A DNA stretch of 64,000 nucleotides from an uncultured delta proteobacterium (GCA_963771175.1 CAVYSY010000036.1:62385-126384); one strand, 5' to 3'. Shown: positions 37,844 to 48,972, counted from the stretch's first letter. A program made the numbers and translations. Notes: generated from the sequence alone by a model not told the origin.

Positions 37844-38538
37844 ATGTCCATCGACAAGAGCACGCTCGAGGTCAAGACGCGCGAGGGCGCTGGCAAGGGC
37901 GCCGCCCGCAAGCTGCGCGCCACGGGCCTGGTGCCCGCCGTCGTCTACGGCAAGCACATGGAGAAGCCGCTGTCCATCGCCGTCAACGCCAAGGCCGTGC
38001 GCCAGGCGCTCAACACCCCGCACAAGCTCAACACCCTCCTCACCCTGAAGGGCGCGGGCGCCGAGCGGCAGGTCCTCTTCAAGGACTACCAGCAGGATCC
38101 GGTCACCCGCGAGATGCTCCACGTGGACTTCATCGCCGTGCGCGACGAGGACCTGGTGAAGGTGAACGTGCCCCTGGTGCTCACCGGCAAGGCCGAGGGC
38201 GTGGCCGAGGGCGGTCTGCTCACCCAGGCCCGCCGTGAGCTCGAGGTCTACGCCAAGCCGCGCGCCATCCCCGAGAAGATCGAGGCGGACGTGACGCACC
38301 TGAAGATCGCCACGGCGCTCCACATCAACGATGTGAAGCTGCCCGAGGGCGTGGTGGTGAAGACGAACGTCAACTACACCCTGGCGGTCGTCAGCGCGCC
38401 CGAGGGCGCGGTCGAGGCGGCTCCGGCGGCGGCTGCCGCGGCGGCTCCGCGGCGGCGGCGGCCAAGCCGGCGGCTGGCGCGGCGGCCAAGCCCGCGGCGG
38501 GTGCGGCGGCCAAGCCCGCGGCTGGCGCGAAGAAGTAA
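37844..38538 (+). CDS. rplY: 50S ribosomal protein L25/Ctc (frameshift near 38450 in the Ala-rich tail)
   Basis: GKGAARKLR..G.VPAVVYG, Q.DPV...LHVDF. The alternative frame ends ...AAAKPAAGAKK* at TAA 38538. Confidence 0.92.
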
Positions 38539-38559
38539 TTCGTCCTTCCTGCAGCAGGC

Positions 38560-38601
38560 GCGGGGCTGGTCCGGAACAAGGGCCGGCCCCGTCCGTTTTT
38601 T
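38560..38601 (+). terminator. Putative intrinsic terminator/attenuator after rplY
   Basis: CGGGGCTGGTCC...GGGCCGGCCCCG stem, then a short gap and TTTTTT. Confidence 0.45.
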
Positions 38602-38613
38602 GGAGAGGCTCCC

Positions 38614-39192
38614 ATGAAGCTCATCTGTGGACTGGGCAATCCCGGGCGCGAGTACGAGCGCCACCGGCACAACATCGGTTTCATGGTGGTGGAGGCGCTG
38701 CTGTCGCGCGCGCGCGCCCAGCTCAACCACGAGAAGTTCCAGGCCCGGGTGGGTCAGGGCACCCTGGGGGGCGAGAAGGTCCTCTTCCTGGAGCCGCAGA
38801 CGTACATGAACCTGTCCGGCCGCTCGCTGGCCGAGGCGGCGCGCTTCTACAAGGTGCCAGTGGAGGACATCCTCGTCATCCACGACGAGCTGGACCTGCC
38901 CTTCGGGCGGCTGCAGCTCAAGGCGGGTGGAGGCAGCGGGGGCCACAACGGGCTGAAGAGCAGCGTCTCCAGCCTGGGCGCGGACGGCTTCATCCGCCTG
39001 CGCTTCGGCATCGGCAAGCCGCAGGGCCCCAACGCCAGGGAGCGGGTGGCCGGCTACGTGCTGTCCAACTTCGACGACGCGGAGCGCCGGCAGCTCGACG
39101 AGCTGATCTCCCAGGCGGCGGACGCGGCGGAGACGTGGGTGCGCGACGGACTGGCCACGGCGATGAACCGGTTCAACAAGCGGGCGCCTTGA
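38614..39192 (+). CDS. pth: Peptidyl-tRNA hydrolase
   Basis: [34 protein letters not shown]. Confidence 0.97.
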   Translation: MKLICGLGNPGREYERHRHNIGFMVVEALLSRARAQLNHEKFQARVGQGTLGGEKVLFLEPQTYMNLSGRSLAEAARFYKVPVEDILVIHDELDLPFGRLQLKAGGGSGGHNGLKSSVSSLGADGFIRLRFGIGKPQGPNARERVAGYVLSNFDDAERRQLDELISQAADAAETWVRDGLATAMNRFNKRAP

Positions 39193-39421
39193 CTCGGGGG
39201 CGGGCCCCCCGTAGAAGGCCCGTTCCCCGCTGGCCGGAAGCCTCGGCAGGGCGGCGGTGTTGTTCTTTTCCATCTTCCCGGGTGCGTGCATCCGGGACGA
39301 AGCGCGAGGGAGACGGGCGCGCGGTTTTCCCGTCCCCGGCGGACGATCCCCCTTGGACCGGCTGACCGTTTCCCCGCTCCTCGGACAACCGGGGGGCCCT
39401 CAACCCCAAGGGGAGAGAAAC

Positions 39422-39889
39422 ATGGCTGATACGCAGGCCGCCAAGCGGCTTCGTGAGTACGAGACCATCTTCCTGGTCAAGCCGGACCTCACCGACGACA
39501 ACGTGGACAAGCTCAAGGAGCGCGTCCGCGGCATCGTCAGCCGTGAGGGTGGCAAGGTCATCCGCTTCACGGTGTGGGGCAAGAAGAAGACGGCCTACAC
39601 CATCGCCAAGCAGCCCCGCGCCATCTACGTGCACGCCAACTTCCTGGGCGACACCAGGCTGGTGGCCGAGATCGAGCGCAACCTCCGCAACTATGACGAG
39701 GTCACGCGCTACCTGTCCGTGAAGCTGGCGGACGAGGTGGATCCCGAGAGCCGTCCGGTGCTCGAGGACGTCAAGCTGGCCGGTGACGTCGAGGAGGCGC
39801 GTCCGGGTGCGGCTCCGGTGGAGCGCGCCGAGGTGGCGGCCCCCGATGAGGCTGGCGAGGCGGATGAGGAGACCACCGAGGAGGCCTAG
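39422..39889 (+). CDS. rpsF: 30S ribosomal protein S6
   Basis: REYETIFLVKPDL...WGKKKTAYTI; position in the rpsF-rpsR-rplI-dnaB cluster. Confidence 0.95.
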   Translation: MADTQAAKRLREYETIFLVKPDLTDDNVDKLKERVRGIVSREGGKVIRFTVWGKKKTAYTIAKQPRAIYVHANFLGDTRLVAEIERNLRNYDEVTRYLSVKLADEVDPESRPVLEDVKLAGDVEEARPGAAPVERAEVAAPDEAGEADEETTEEA

Positions 39890-39940
39890 TGCCCCCTTGG
39901 TCTTCTTCCACGGACCCATTCCAGAGATAAGAGAACACTC

Positions 39941-40279
39941 ATGATCGGCACGAATGACAGGAGCGGTCCCCGCGGCGGTGGTGACCGGGACAGGGACAGG
40001 GGCGACCGGGACGGTGGTCGCGGTGGCGCCGGCGGCGATGACGAGAAGCGTGGCGGACGTGGCTTCGGCCGCAAGAAGGTCTGCCGCTTCTGCGCGGAGA
40101 AGAACGCGAAGGTGGACTTCAAGGATCAGGCGACCCTGAAGTACTTCGTCACCGAGCGCGGCAAGATCATCCCCCGCCGCATCTCCGGCAACTGCGCCAA
40201 GCACCAGCGTGAGGTGGCCACGGCCATCAAGCGCGCCCGCGGTCTGGCGATGCTTCCCTACAACGCGATGGTCGGCTGA
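39941..40279 (+). CDS. rpsR: 30S ribosomal protein S18 (Zn-binding CxxC type, RG-rich N-terminal extension)
   Basis: RKKVCRFC...[19 protein letters not shown]...AIKRAR. Confidence 0.96.
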   Translation: MIGTNDRSGPRGGGDRDRDRGDRDGGRGGAGGDDEKRGGRGFGRKKVCRFCAEKNAKVDFKDQATLKYFVTERGKIIPRRISGNCAKHQREVATAIKRARGLAMLPYNAMVG

Positions 40280-40308
40280 AAGCCGTCCCGTACCAACGGA
40301 GACATCAC

Positions 40309-40755
40309 ATGAAGGTCATTCTTCGTGAGGACGTCGCGAACCTGGGTAAGTCCGGGGAGCTCGTGACTGTGAAGGACGGCTTCGGCCGCAACTACCTGCT
40401 GCCGCGCAAGCTGGCGGTCCTGGCCACCGAGCAGAACGTGCGCCAGCTCGAGCACGAGCGGGCGGTCATCACCGCGCGCAACGCCAAGCTGAAGGGCGTC
40501 GCCGAGGAGCAGGCCAAGAAGATCGGCGCCGTGAAGGCCGTCATCCGCCGCAAGGTGGGTGAGCAGGACAAGCTGTACGGCTCGGTCACCGCGCTGGACA
40601 TCGCCGAGGCGCTCGCCGCCCAGGGCCAGACGGTGGACCGCCGCCACATCCACCTGCCCGAGCCCATCAAGGCCACGGGTCAGTACGAGGTGGAGCTGCG
40701 GCTGCACCGCGACGTGGTGGCGAAGATCAAGGTCGAGGTCGCGCCGGAGGCCTGA
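40309..40755 (+). CDS. rplI: 50S ribosomal protein L9
   Basis: [39 protein letters not shown]. Confidence 0.97.
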   Translation: MKVILREDVANLGKSGELVTVKDGFGRNYLLPRKLAVLATEQNVRQLEHERAVITARNAKLKGVAEEQAKKIGAVKAVIRRKVGEQDKLYGSVTALDIAEALAAQGQTVDRRHIHLPEPIKATGQYEVELRLHRDVVAKIKVEVAPEA

Positions 40756-40791
40756 GAGGGTCGCCGACACCGTCTTCGCACCTGAGAAGAC

Positions 40792-40833
40792 AAGGGCCGT
40801 CCGGGTGTCCTACCCGGGCGGCCCTTCCTTTTG
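40792..40833 (+). terminator. Intrinsic terminator after rplI
   Basis: AAGGGCCGTCCGGGT-GTCCT-ACCCGGGCGGCCCTT then CCTTTT. Confidence 0.7.
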
Positions 40834-40933
40834 CGGGAGGGAGCCGGTCCAGGGCCACACACCGCGTGTCAGGAACACCTGCTACGCAGTCGCTACAGAC
40901 CCGTAGCGGAGCCTGTAGACTGGCCGGGCAGCC

Positions 40934-42304
40934 ATGAACAACATCCTCGACATTCAGACAGGCGGGCGGCGGTCTCACGAGGATCTGGCCGCCGAGCGCG
41001 CGGTGCTCGGCGCCGTACTCGCGGACAACTCGCTCATCACCAACCTCGCGGAGGTGGTGCACCCGGACGACTTCGCCAGCCCGGCGCACGCTCAAATCTT
41101 CGGGGCGATGCTCAAGCTCGACGGCTCGTCGCGGCAGGTGGATCACCTGACGCTGGCCGAGGAGCTCAAGGTACTCGGGCAGCTCGCGGCGGTGGGCGGC
41201 CCGGCCTACCTGATGAGCCTGGACCAGGTGGTGCCCGTGCCGGGCAACGCCACCCAGTACGCGCACATCGTCAAGGATCAGGCCCTGCGGCGGCGCCTGG
41301 CGGGTGTGGGCCGGGAGATCCAGGACCTCGCCAGCCAGGAGACGGGCGAGCTGGAGGCGCTGCTGGACGAGGCCGAGCGCAAGGTCTTCCTCCTGGCCGA
41401 GAAGAAGCGCGAGGGAGACCTGCGGCCCGTCAGCGACCTGATGGAGCACACGCTGGACCTTCTCGACAAGATGAAGGCGGCGTCCACGGGCATCACCGGC
41501 CTGTCCTCGGGCTACGTCGATCTGGACAACCAGCTCACGGGCCTGCACCCGGGCGAGCTCATCATCCTCGCGGCGCGCCCCGGCGTGGGAAAGACGTCCT
41601 TCGCGATGAACATCGCCACGCACGTGGGGCTGGCGGACGACCCCAAGGCGGCGGCCATCTTCAGCCTGGAAATGCCCGCGGATCAGCTCCTCATGCGTCT
41701 GCTGGCCTCGAGCGCGCGCGTGGACATGAAGAAGCTGCGCGGCGGCCGGCTCACCCCGCACGACGAGGAGAAGTTCCAGGAGATGGCGGGCAAGCTCTAC
41801 AACGCCCCCATCTACATCGACGACTCGGGTGGTCTCTCCCCGTTCGACCTGCGCGCCAAGGCGCGGCGGCTCAAGCAGAAGGACCCGCGGCTGTCGCTGA
41901 TCATCATCGACTACCTCCAGCTCATGCACCAGAAGGGCAAGGTGGAGAGCCGCCAGCTCGAGGTGGCGGAGATCTCCCGCGCCCTGAAGCAGCTCGCCAA
42001 GGAGCTGGAGGTGCCGATCATCGCGCTCTCGCAGCTCAGCCGCAAGGTGGAGGAGCGCAAGGGCGGCAAGCCGATGCTCTCGGACCTGCGCGAGTCGGGC
42101 TCCATCGAGCAGGACGCCGACGTGGTGATGTTCATCCACCGCGAGGACCAGGGCGACGGCGAGGGCGGCGGAGAGCCCCGCGCGAGCTCGGCGATCCCCG
42201 TGCAGCTCATCATCGCCAAGCAGCGTAACGGCCCCATCGGAGAGATCGACCTCGTCTTCCTCGCCGAGTACACGCGCTTCGAGAGCCGAGCCCGCGGCGA
42301 TTAG
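40934..42304 (+). CDS. dnaB: Replicative DNA helicase
   Basis: AARPGVGKT, FSLEM, IDYLQL, LSQLSR, DLRESGSIEQDAD, KQRNGP. Confidence 0.98.
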   Translation: MNNILDIQTGGRRSHEDLAAERAVLGAVLADNSLITNLAEVVHPDDFASPAHAQIFGAMLKLDGSSRQVDHLTLAEELKVLGQLAAVGGPAYLMSLDQVVPVPGNATQYAHIVKDQALRRRLAGVGREIQDLASQETGELEALLDEAERKVFLLAEKKREGDLRPVSDLMEHTLDLLDKMKAASTGITGLSSGYVDLDNQLTGLHPGELIILAARPGVGKTSFAMNIATHVGLADDPKAAAIFSLEMPADQLLMRLLASSARVDMKKLRGGRLTPHDEEKFQEMAGKLYNAPIYIDDSGGLSPFDLRAKARRLKQKDPRLSLIIIDYLQLMHQKGKVESRQLEVAEISRALKQLAKELEVPIIALSQLSRKVEERKGGKPMLSDLRESGSIEQDADVVMFIHREDQGDGEGGGEPRASSAIPVQLIIAKQRNGPIGEIDLVFLAEYTRFESRARGD

Positions 42305-42310
42305 CGCGCC

Positions 42311-42979
42311 TCAGACCACGAGGGACATCCGGACGCGCCTGCGCCCCTTCTCGAGCTGCCGCACCAGGGACGCGGGCGAGTCCCCCGACTCGCTCCACGC
42401 ATCGATCGACTCCAGCTCCCAGTCCTCAAAGACTCCCGCCCCCTCGAAGCCGGGGATGAAGCCCTCGCGCATGGCCTGCTGCACGCCCCGCAGCGGCCCG
42501 ACGATGACCACGTCACCGAAGCCGAAATACCTCAGCGGCGAGCCGCACGCGTCGAGCGCCGCGTTCAGCAGGGCCAGCACCGCGTTGAGGTTGTAGTAGT
42601 CCGACAGGTCGTGGAACGTGACGCCGTACCGCCGCCCCCCATGCGTCAGGCGCAACGTGTACCGGCTGTCCGTTCCTCCGCCCGCGTCGCTGGAGTCCTC
42701 CAGGCCGGGAGTGTGCGCCTCCCCCTCCACGTCCGCCTCCTCCGGCAGCACCTGGGTGAACCTCGCCCCGTCGAGCAGGGGCGACACAAGGGGAAGGAGC
42801 GCCCACACCAGCTCCCCGTGGTCCACGGGGTACGTGCCCGCCTCGGGGTCGAAGCCGTAACCGCGCCCGAGGCGCACGAAGGTCTCGTCCCAGTACTCGG
42901 GGCTGTTGTCCTGGGGCACCGGAGCCCCAAGGGAAATCTGGAGCAGCTCGCGCAGGCGTTGCTCGTTCTGGATGGCCAT
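42311..42979 (-). CDS. Hypothetical protein
   Basis: SD GGAGAGG upstream; codon bias; no family recognised. Confidence 0.7.
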   Translation of the reverse strand: MAIQNEQRLRELLQISLGAPVPQDNSPEYWDETFVRLGRGYGFDPEAGTYPVDHGELVWALLPLVSPLLDGARFTQVLPEEADVEGEAHTPGLEDSSDAGGGTDSRYTLRLTHGGRRYGVTFHDLSDYYNLNAVLALLNAALDACGSPLRYFGFGDVVIVGPLRGVQQAMREGFIPGFEGAGVFEDWELESIDAWSESGDSPASLVRQLEKGRRRVRMSLVV

Positions 42980-43132
42980 GTCACCTCTCCGTCCTCAACA
43001 CCTCCTGTCTCCCATGGCGGTCTGACAGTGGGCGGCACGCCCGGACCCGTCTGGTGCAGCTGTTGCTGGCCAGGGGCCGCGGCTGAGGACATCTCGCCGC
43101 GGCCCTCACCCACCCGGGGATGACGCCGGCGA

Positions 43133-45085
43133 CTACCGGCGCTTCACCTTCACCTCGAACTCGCAGGTGGCGGAGTTGCCCGCCGCATCGGTCGCCTTCA
43201 CCCGGACCTGCGTCACCCCGAGCCGGAAGGTGGACCCGGACGGGTGGCTGTAGCGCACCCTCGGCGAGGACACCGCGTCCGTCGCTCGCGCCGCCGGGTA
43301 CTCCACCACCATGTGCTTGCCGTGCTTCAACCATACCGTCCGATCCTTCGGGCACTTGAGGCGAGGCGGCCGGGTGTCCTGCACCTTCACCTTGAAGGTG
43401 CAGCTCGCGCCGTTGCCGGCCACGTCCGTCGCGGTGGCGGTCACCCGCGTAGTGCCGAGCGAGAAGGTGCTGCCGGGCTCGTGGCTGTAGCGGATGGCGG
43501 GGCAGCGGGTGGTGTCGTCCTCCGCCCGCGCGGGGGGAAGCGCACGGAGGCTCCGTACGCATCCGTCGCCTCCACCACCACGTGACCCGGGCAGGAGATG
43601 CGAGGCGGGCGCGAGTCGGCCAGCGCGGAGCGCGGGAGGACCCACGGTTCCTCGCCATGGACGCCGTCATCGGCGACGAAGAGGATGCGGCCCCCACTCT
43701 CGAGGAAGGTCCGCGGGGAGGAGCCTTCCGGCCCGGGACGGATGTCCTGCAGCAGGAAGGTGCCCTCCTCCGTCCCATCGCTGCGCCATAACTCCAGACC
43801 GGTGACCCCGTCATCCGCGCCGAACAAGAGCCGCCCGCCCACCGCGAAGAGCTCCGGGCGGAAGGGGAAACCGCTCGCTGGTCCCGGACGGATGTCCCGG
43901 ACGAGCTCCGTGCCCGCCGCCGTCCCATCGCTCCTCCACAACTCGGTGCCGTGGACCCCATCGTCAGCGTCGAAGAAGGCCGTGCGGCCGATGGTGGCGA
44001 TGTTCCCCCCGACGCCACTCGCGAGTCCCGGGTTGAGATCCACGACGAGCCGCGTGCCCGCTGGCGTCCCGTCCGTCACCCACAGCTCGCGACCGTGGAC
44101 TCCATCCTCTGCGTGGAAGAAGACACGCCCGGCGGCGGCGGTGAGCGCCCCGGGGAAAGAGCTGGCCGGCCCGGGCCGGATGTCCGCGAGGAGCACCGTC
44201 CCTTCCTCCGTCCCGTCCGTCACCCACAGCTCGTTGCCGTGGGCGGCATCCGTGGCGATGAAGACGACGCGCCCCCGGCACAGGCGTGAAGCTGAAGGCG
44301 ATCGCGCCCTCCGGGCCGGGGTTGATGTCCTTGAGCAGCACGGTGCCCTCCTCCGTCCCGTCGCTCACCCATGGCTCGCCCCCGTGGATGCCGTCATCGG
44401 CGTTGAAGTAGATCGTCCCGCCCACCCGCACGGGCATGAAAGGAGCGCCCGAGCCCTCCGGGCCGGACCTGATGTCCTTGACGAGGAAGGTGCCCTCCTC
44501 CGTCCCGTCGCTCACCCACGGCTCGCTCCCGTGGATACCGTCATCAGCCCGGAAGAAGAGCCTCCCGCCTCCCGCGGAGATGAGGAACGACGGCAAGGAG
44601 TGCCCCGGACCCGGGTTGATGTCCTCGACGAGCCGGGTGCCCTCCTCCGTCCCGTCGCTCGTCCACAGCTCGATGCCGATGACCCCATTGGTGGCCGGGA
44701 AGAAGAAGTCTCCGCCGGCCACGGCGGAGTTGAAGTCGGCGTCAATGAGGATGAACGAGGAGCCCGCGCCGGGGTTGATGTCCTTCAGCAGCCGGGTCCC
44801 CCCGGGAGTGCCATCACTCACCCACGGCTCGAAGCCAAACTCCTCGTTGAAGGCCTCGAAGAAGAATGTGCCGCCCCTCTCGGACGGAATGCTGAGGCTC
44901 GAGCCCTCTGGCCCCGGGCGGATATCCCGGAGCAGGATGGCGGGCGGGCCATCCGGCTGCGGACAGTGGGGCCCATCCCGCCACTCCACCACGGAGCCAG
45001 GTGGGCCCTCCGCCGTCAGAGGTGCCTCACTGGAGGCAAGAGAGACCACGGGTAACAACAGCAACGCCGACCACCAGGGCTTCAT
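43133..45085 (-). CDS. Secreted ELWxxDGT-repeat beta-propeller protein with C-terminal HYR domains (at least 2 indels)
   Basis: Signal peptide MKPWWSALLLL. About 9 (E-L/P)-W-x-x-DGT..GT..L.DI.PG repeats. HYR-like PGSTF.LG.T.V...ATD..GN...C.F.V.V twice. Confidence 0.85.
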
Positions 45086-45436
45086 CGCCACATCCCCCTC
45101 CGCGCGGCGCCATGCCACGCGCCGCGGGGAAGCTGGGGGCCCTGGTCTGGCATGTCCATCACCCCAAAGCCCCGTGCCGCCAAGAACGCCTGCCCCCTCT
45201 TGCCGCCGGGCACAGGAGCGTTCATCCGAAGCCAATACCTCCCAACCGCGGAACAGGTCTGGCGGTCGCCCGCGCCCCAAGAGTGTTCGCGCGGCGGGGA
45301 GATTCCCATGGCTCTCACCTCTCCACGGAGTCCATGAGCTCCCGAGGGTGCGACCGTGGATGGGTCTTGCTGCCGAGCGGGCCAGGCCTCCAGAACGAGC
45401 TGGAGCTCCTCGCGCCCGTGGGGCGCCAGAGGAGGC

Positions 45437-46178
45437 TCAGTCCCGGCCGGTGCGCAGGTAGCGCGCAACGTAGGGCCTTCGCCCGGCGCGCGGCGGCGCC
45501 AGGTGCCCTGCCCCGCCCCAGCTCCACCGCGAAGGCCGAGGCCAGCCGGCACCCCGAGCCCCGGCGCTCGGGTGGGCGCGCCAGCCGCTCCCCTTCCAGC
45601 ACCACGTCCCGGTCCGGCAGGCACAGCACGTCCACCGCCCCCGTCGCCCGGTGCCCGCCCTTCACCAGCACCGCGCCGAAGCCGTGCGCCACCAGCGCCC
45701 TGCCCGCCTCGCGCGCCTCCTCCACCGTGCGCACCTCGCCCCCGCCGAGCAGCCACGCCGCCTCGTCCAGGTTCGGCGTGAGCGCCACCTTCGGCCCCGC
45801 CAGCGACAGGTAGTGCCGCCGCGTCAGCTTCGAGAGCGGCTCGCCTCGCGACGTCCGCACCACCGGGTCCACCACCCACCACGCGTCCACGCCCTCGAGC
45901 GCCTCGCGCAGCACGGCCAGCAGCGCCGGCCCCGGCACCTGTCCCAGCTTCACCGCGTGCAACGGCCCCAGCTCGAGCGCCGCCGTCACCTGCGCCCGCA
46001 GGACGCGCGCCGACGTGGGCTGGTACAGGAACGTCTCCCGGCCCTGCGCCGTCTGCGCGGAAGGCACGGCCACCGGCGCGCCCCCCAGCGCCCGCACCGT
46101 GGCCACGTCCGCCAGCAACCCCGCCCGGCCCGTGGGCTCGTGGCCCGCGCACAACAGGATGCGCGGCGCCCCGCTCAC
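45437..46178 (-). CDS. thiD: Hydroxymethylpyrimidine/phosphomethylpyrimidine kinase (ThiD-like); indel near the C-terminus
   Basis: AGHEPTGRAGLLAD, VVDPV, LTPNLDEA, VLVKGGH, RGSGCRLASA. Corrected tail AKAYVARYLRTGRD*. Confidence 0.82.
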
Positions 46179-46937
46179 CGCCGGTGCTCGCGCGCCTTCT
46201 GGATGAAGCCGCGATACACCCCCACGTGCGCCGGCACCGTGTGGAGCATCAGCTCCGGGTGCCACTGCACGCCCAGCGCGAAGGCGTACTGGGTGGACTC
46301 GATGGCCTCCACCACTCCGTCCGGCGACACCGCGCTCACCACCACCTGCTCGCCGATGCGCTGCGCCGCCTGGTGGTGCGTCGAGTTCACCATGAGCTGG
46401 CCTCGGCCCACGGCATCCGCCAGCAGCGTCCCCTCCCGCACGTCCACCGGGTGCTGCGGCTGGGTCCGGTCGTGCTTCTGCTCGTGCTCGTGCGCGTTCG
46501 GCACCTCGCGGCCGATGTCCTGGTGCAGCGTGCCGCCCAGCACCACGTTGAGGAGCTGCATGCCCCCGCAGATGCCCAGCACCGGAATGTTGCGCTTGAG
46601 GGCCCCGCGCATCAGCGCCGTCTCGAAGCTCGTGCGCGACACCTTCAGCGGCCCCATGCCCTCGCGAGCCGTCTCGCCATAGGCCTCGGGGGGAATGTCG
46701 AAGGCCCCGCCCGTGACGAGCAGCCCGGAGATGCGGTCCAGGTACGCGTCCACGCAGCCCAGCGTCGTCCGAGTACGGCAGCACGAAGGGCAGGCCCCCC
46801 GCGCGCAGCACCGCGTCCGCGTAGGGCACCTTCAGCTCGTAGTACGGGAACGGCGAGTCCGGCCGCGTGGCGGCGAAGTCCGGGGTGATGCCGATGTTGG
46901 GCCGGCGCGGGGCCTGGCCATGGCCATGGGTCTTCAT
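46175..46937 (-). CDS. Peptidase C26 / PuuD-like glutamine amidotransferase-family hydrolase (frameshift near 46760)
   Basis: RPNIGIT...Y.DAV..AGG.P, GLLVTGG.DI.P, LGICGGMQLLNV, VNSTHHQ, GVQWHPE. Confidence 0.88.
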
Positions 46938-46955
46938 GCGTCTTGGCCCGCGAGG

Positions 46956-47611
46956 CTAGCCCCGCCGCACGCCCCTGTCAAAAGCAGCGGCCAGGCGACG
47001 CACCTGCTCGGCAATGTCCTCGGCGAGCAGGGCATCGGAGGCCACCGCCCCCCCGTGGCCCCTGTCGCCGCCAGGTCCGCGATGTTCTCCAGCTTCACCC
47101 CGCCAATGCCCACCACCGGCAGCGGGCTCTCGCGCACCACCGCGGCGAAGCCCCCCAGCCCCAGCACCGGCGCGGGCACCTGCTTCGTCGTGGTGCCGAA
47201 GACGGGCCCCAGGCCCACGTAGTCCGCCCCGGCCGCCCGCGCCGCGTGCGTGTCCGCCAGACCTCGCACCGTCACCCCCACCAGCCGCCCCGGGCCCAGC
47301 AGCGCCCGCGCCGCCTCGGGCGGCAGGTCCTCGTCTCCCACGTGCACCCCGTCCGCCCCCGCCAGCAGCGCCAGGTCCACCCGGTCGTTCAGCAGGCACA
47401 CCGCACCCGCTCGGCGGCAGGCGGCCACCACCTCGCGCGCCGCCCCCAGCGCCTCCCGGAGGGGCGTGCGCTTCATCCGCAGCTGCACCACCCGCGCTCC
47501 ACCGGCGAGCAGGCGCGCGGCCTTCTCCCCCAGTGGCAGCTCGGGGCGGACGGTGTCATCACAGAGGACATAGAGGCCTCGGGGAAGAGCTGGGCGGGCG
47601 GGGGTGTTCAT
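46956..47611 (-). CDS. thiE: Thiamine-phosphate synthase (frameshift near 47050)
   Basis: VQLRMK, LNDRVDLA, GVHVGDED, GPVFGTTTK, VGIGG; tail AVASDALLAED... in the alternative frame. Confidence 0.9.
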
Positions 47612-47641
47612 CGGCTCCGGACGGGTGGGGGTTCAGTGGCG

Positions 47642-47669
47642 TTGACAGAGGGTAGCCCTGCTATAAGGT
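47642..47669 (+). promoter_or_regulatory. Putative sigma70-type promoter (TTGACA ... TGCTATAAGGT)
   Basis: Perfect -35 and an extended -10-like element about 40 nt upstream of ATG 47707. Confidence 0.45.
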
Positions 47670-47706
47670 GGCGCGCCCTTTTCCAAGAGATTCCGAGGAG
47701 TTGACC

Positions 47707-47977
47707 ATGGCCAATCCCAGCGACCCCAAGCACATCGACAAGCGCACGGCTGAACGCTACCTGCGCAGCGGCGTGCTGGACGAGAAGTCCTACCAGCGTC
47801 ACATCGAGACCCTGCCGGACGTGGCCGAGAAGTCCGTGCCCGTGGAGACGGTGATGCACGACGAGCTCGAGGACGACGAGGACTTCGAGGACGACGAGGA
47901 CCTGAGGACGAGGAAGACGAGGACGAGGACGAGGACGACGAGACGAGGACGACGAGGACTCCCGAGTAACGCCATGA
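47707..47977 (+). CDS. Small hypothetical protein with a poly-Asp/Glu tail (indels in the low-complexity tail; 3' end approximate)
   Basis: SD GAGGAG; MANPSDPKHIDKRTAERYLRSG...LPDVAEK, then a GAC/GAG-rich run. Confidence 0.65.
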
Positions 47978-48285
47978 CCGAGGAGAAGCGCGGAGAGACG
48001 TTCGTGATGCGGGGTGAGGCGACGTCGAGCGCCCCCGAGGCCCCCATCACCTTCAGCACCTTCCTCATCGGACTGGCCTCCTCCGCCCTCATCCACCTGG
48101 GGGAGGCGCCCAACCCGGAGACCGGCAGGGCCGAGCGGGAGCTCGTGCTCGCCCGCCAGAGCCTGGACCTGCTGGGGCTGCTGCACGACAAGACGCGCGG
48201 CAACCTCACCGCCGAGGAGCAGCAGCTCTTCGACAACCTCCTGGCCGATCTTCGCCTGCGCTTCGTGGAGGCGAACAAGCGGTGA
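47974..48285 (+). CDS. DUF1844-like small protein
   Basis: FSTFLIGLASSALIHLGE.PNP....L.LARQSLDLL.LL..KTRGNL..EE...L.DLRLRFV. Confidence 0.8.
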   Translation: MTEEKRGETFVMRGEATSSAPEAPITFSTFLIGLASSALIHLGEAPNPETGRAERELVLARQSLDLLGLLHDKTRGNLTAEEQQLFDNLLADLRLRFVEANKR

Positions 48286-48941
48286 CTCGCCCGGCCTCCC
48301 CTCCTCAGGCCCTGCCGCGAGGCCTCCGCCTCGCGGCCCTGGTGTGTCTCATCCTCTCCGGCCTCTCGGGCTTCTCCTCCCTCAAGGAGACCCTGGAGCT
48401 CAGCCAACTGTCGGAGCTGAGGGACGAGGCCAGCAACCTCGCGCGCTTCTCCAAGGACAAGGACCTCATCGTGCTCGCGCGCCTCTCCGAGGCCCAGCTC
48501 GCCGCGCGCGAGCCCCTGCGCGAGTCCCGCTCCCTGGTCCTGGGGGCGCTCTCGCTGGCGTGCGCCTTCATGTTCGTGTGCTCCGGCCGACTCCTCCGGC
48601 CGGCAGGGCTGCCCCTGGAGCGGATCCGCCGGCTACTCGGGGGCTCCGCCATCATCGCCGCCCTGCTGCGCACCATCGACGGCGCTCAGTCGGCCGTCAT
48701 CGGCAGGAGCGTGGGGGCGGCCGCGGTCGACATCCTCGGCACCCTGCCCGAGTTCCAGAAGCCCGAGGCCCTCGCCCAGCTCAAGGCCGGTCTGCCCGGG
48801 CTCTCCGCGGCCTTCGCGATGGTGCTCACGGCGATCATCGCCGGCACCTTCGCCCTGCTCGGCCAGTACTTCCGCAGCGAGCGCGTCCGCGAAACCATCA
48901 TCGCCCACGACGGCGAGAACCTCGCCGAGGAGGAGGACTGA
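48282..48941 (+). CDS. Hypothetical membrane protein
   Basis: GTGA overlap with the upstream gene; 4 hydrophobic segments. Confidence 0.72.
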   Translation: MTRPASPPQALPRGLRLAALVCLILSGLSGFSSLKETLELSQLSELRDEASNLARFSKDKDLIVLARLSEAQLAAREPLRESRSLVLGALSLACAFMFVCSGRLLRPAGLPLERIRRLLGGSAIIAALLRTIDGAQSAVIGRSVGAAAVDILGTLPEFQKPEALAQLKAGLPGLSAAFAMVLTAIIAGTFALLGQYFRSERVRETIIAHDGENLAEEED

Positions 48942-48972
48942 GGGCCTCGCGGGCCCTCCGCCTCCGGCGCCT

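Noticed and set aside
45315..46937. Apparent 540-aa C26-ThiD fusion
   Set aside because: Created by an indel near 46760. The separate genes have their own GTGA stop/start overlap.
47668..48285. Apparent 205-aa fusion with an RTRTRT segment
   Set aside because: Frameshifted reading of a GAC/GAG (Asp/Glu) tract; two separate small genes are more plausible.
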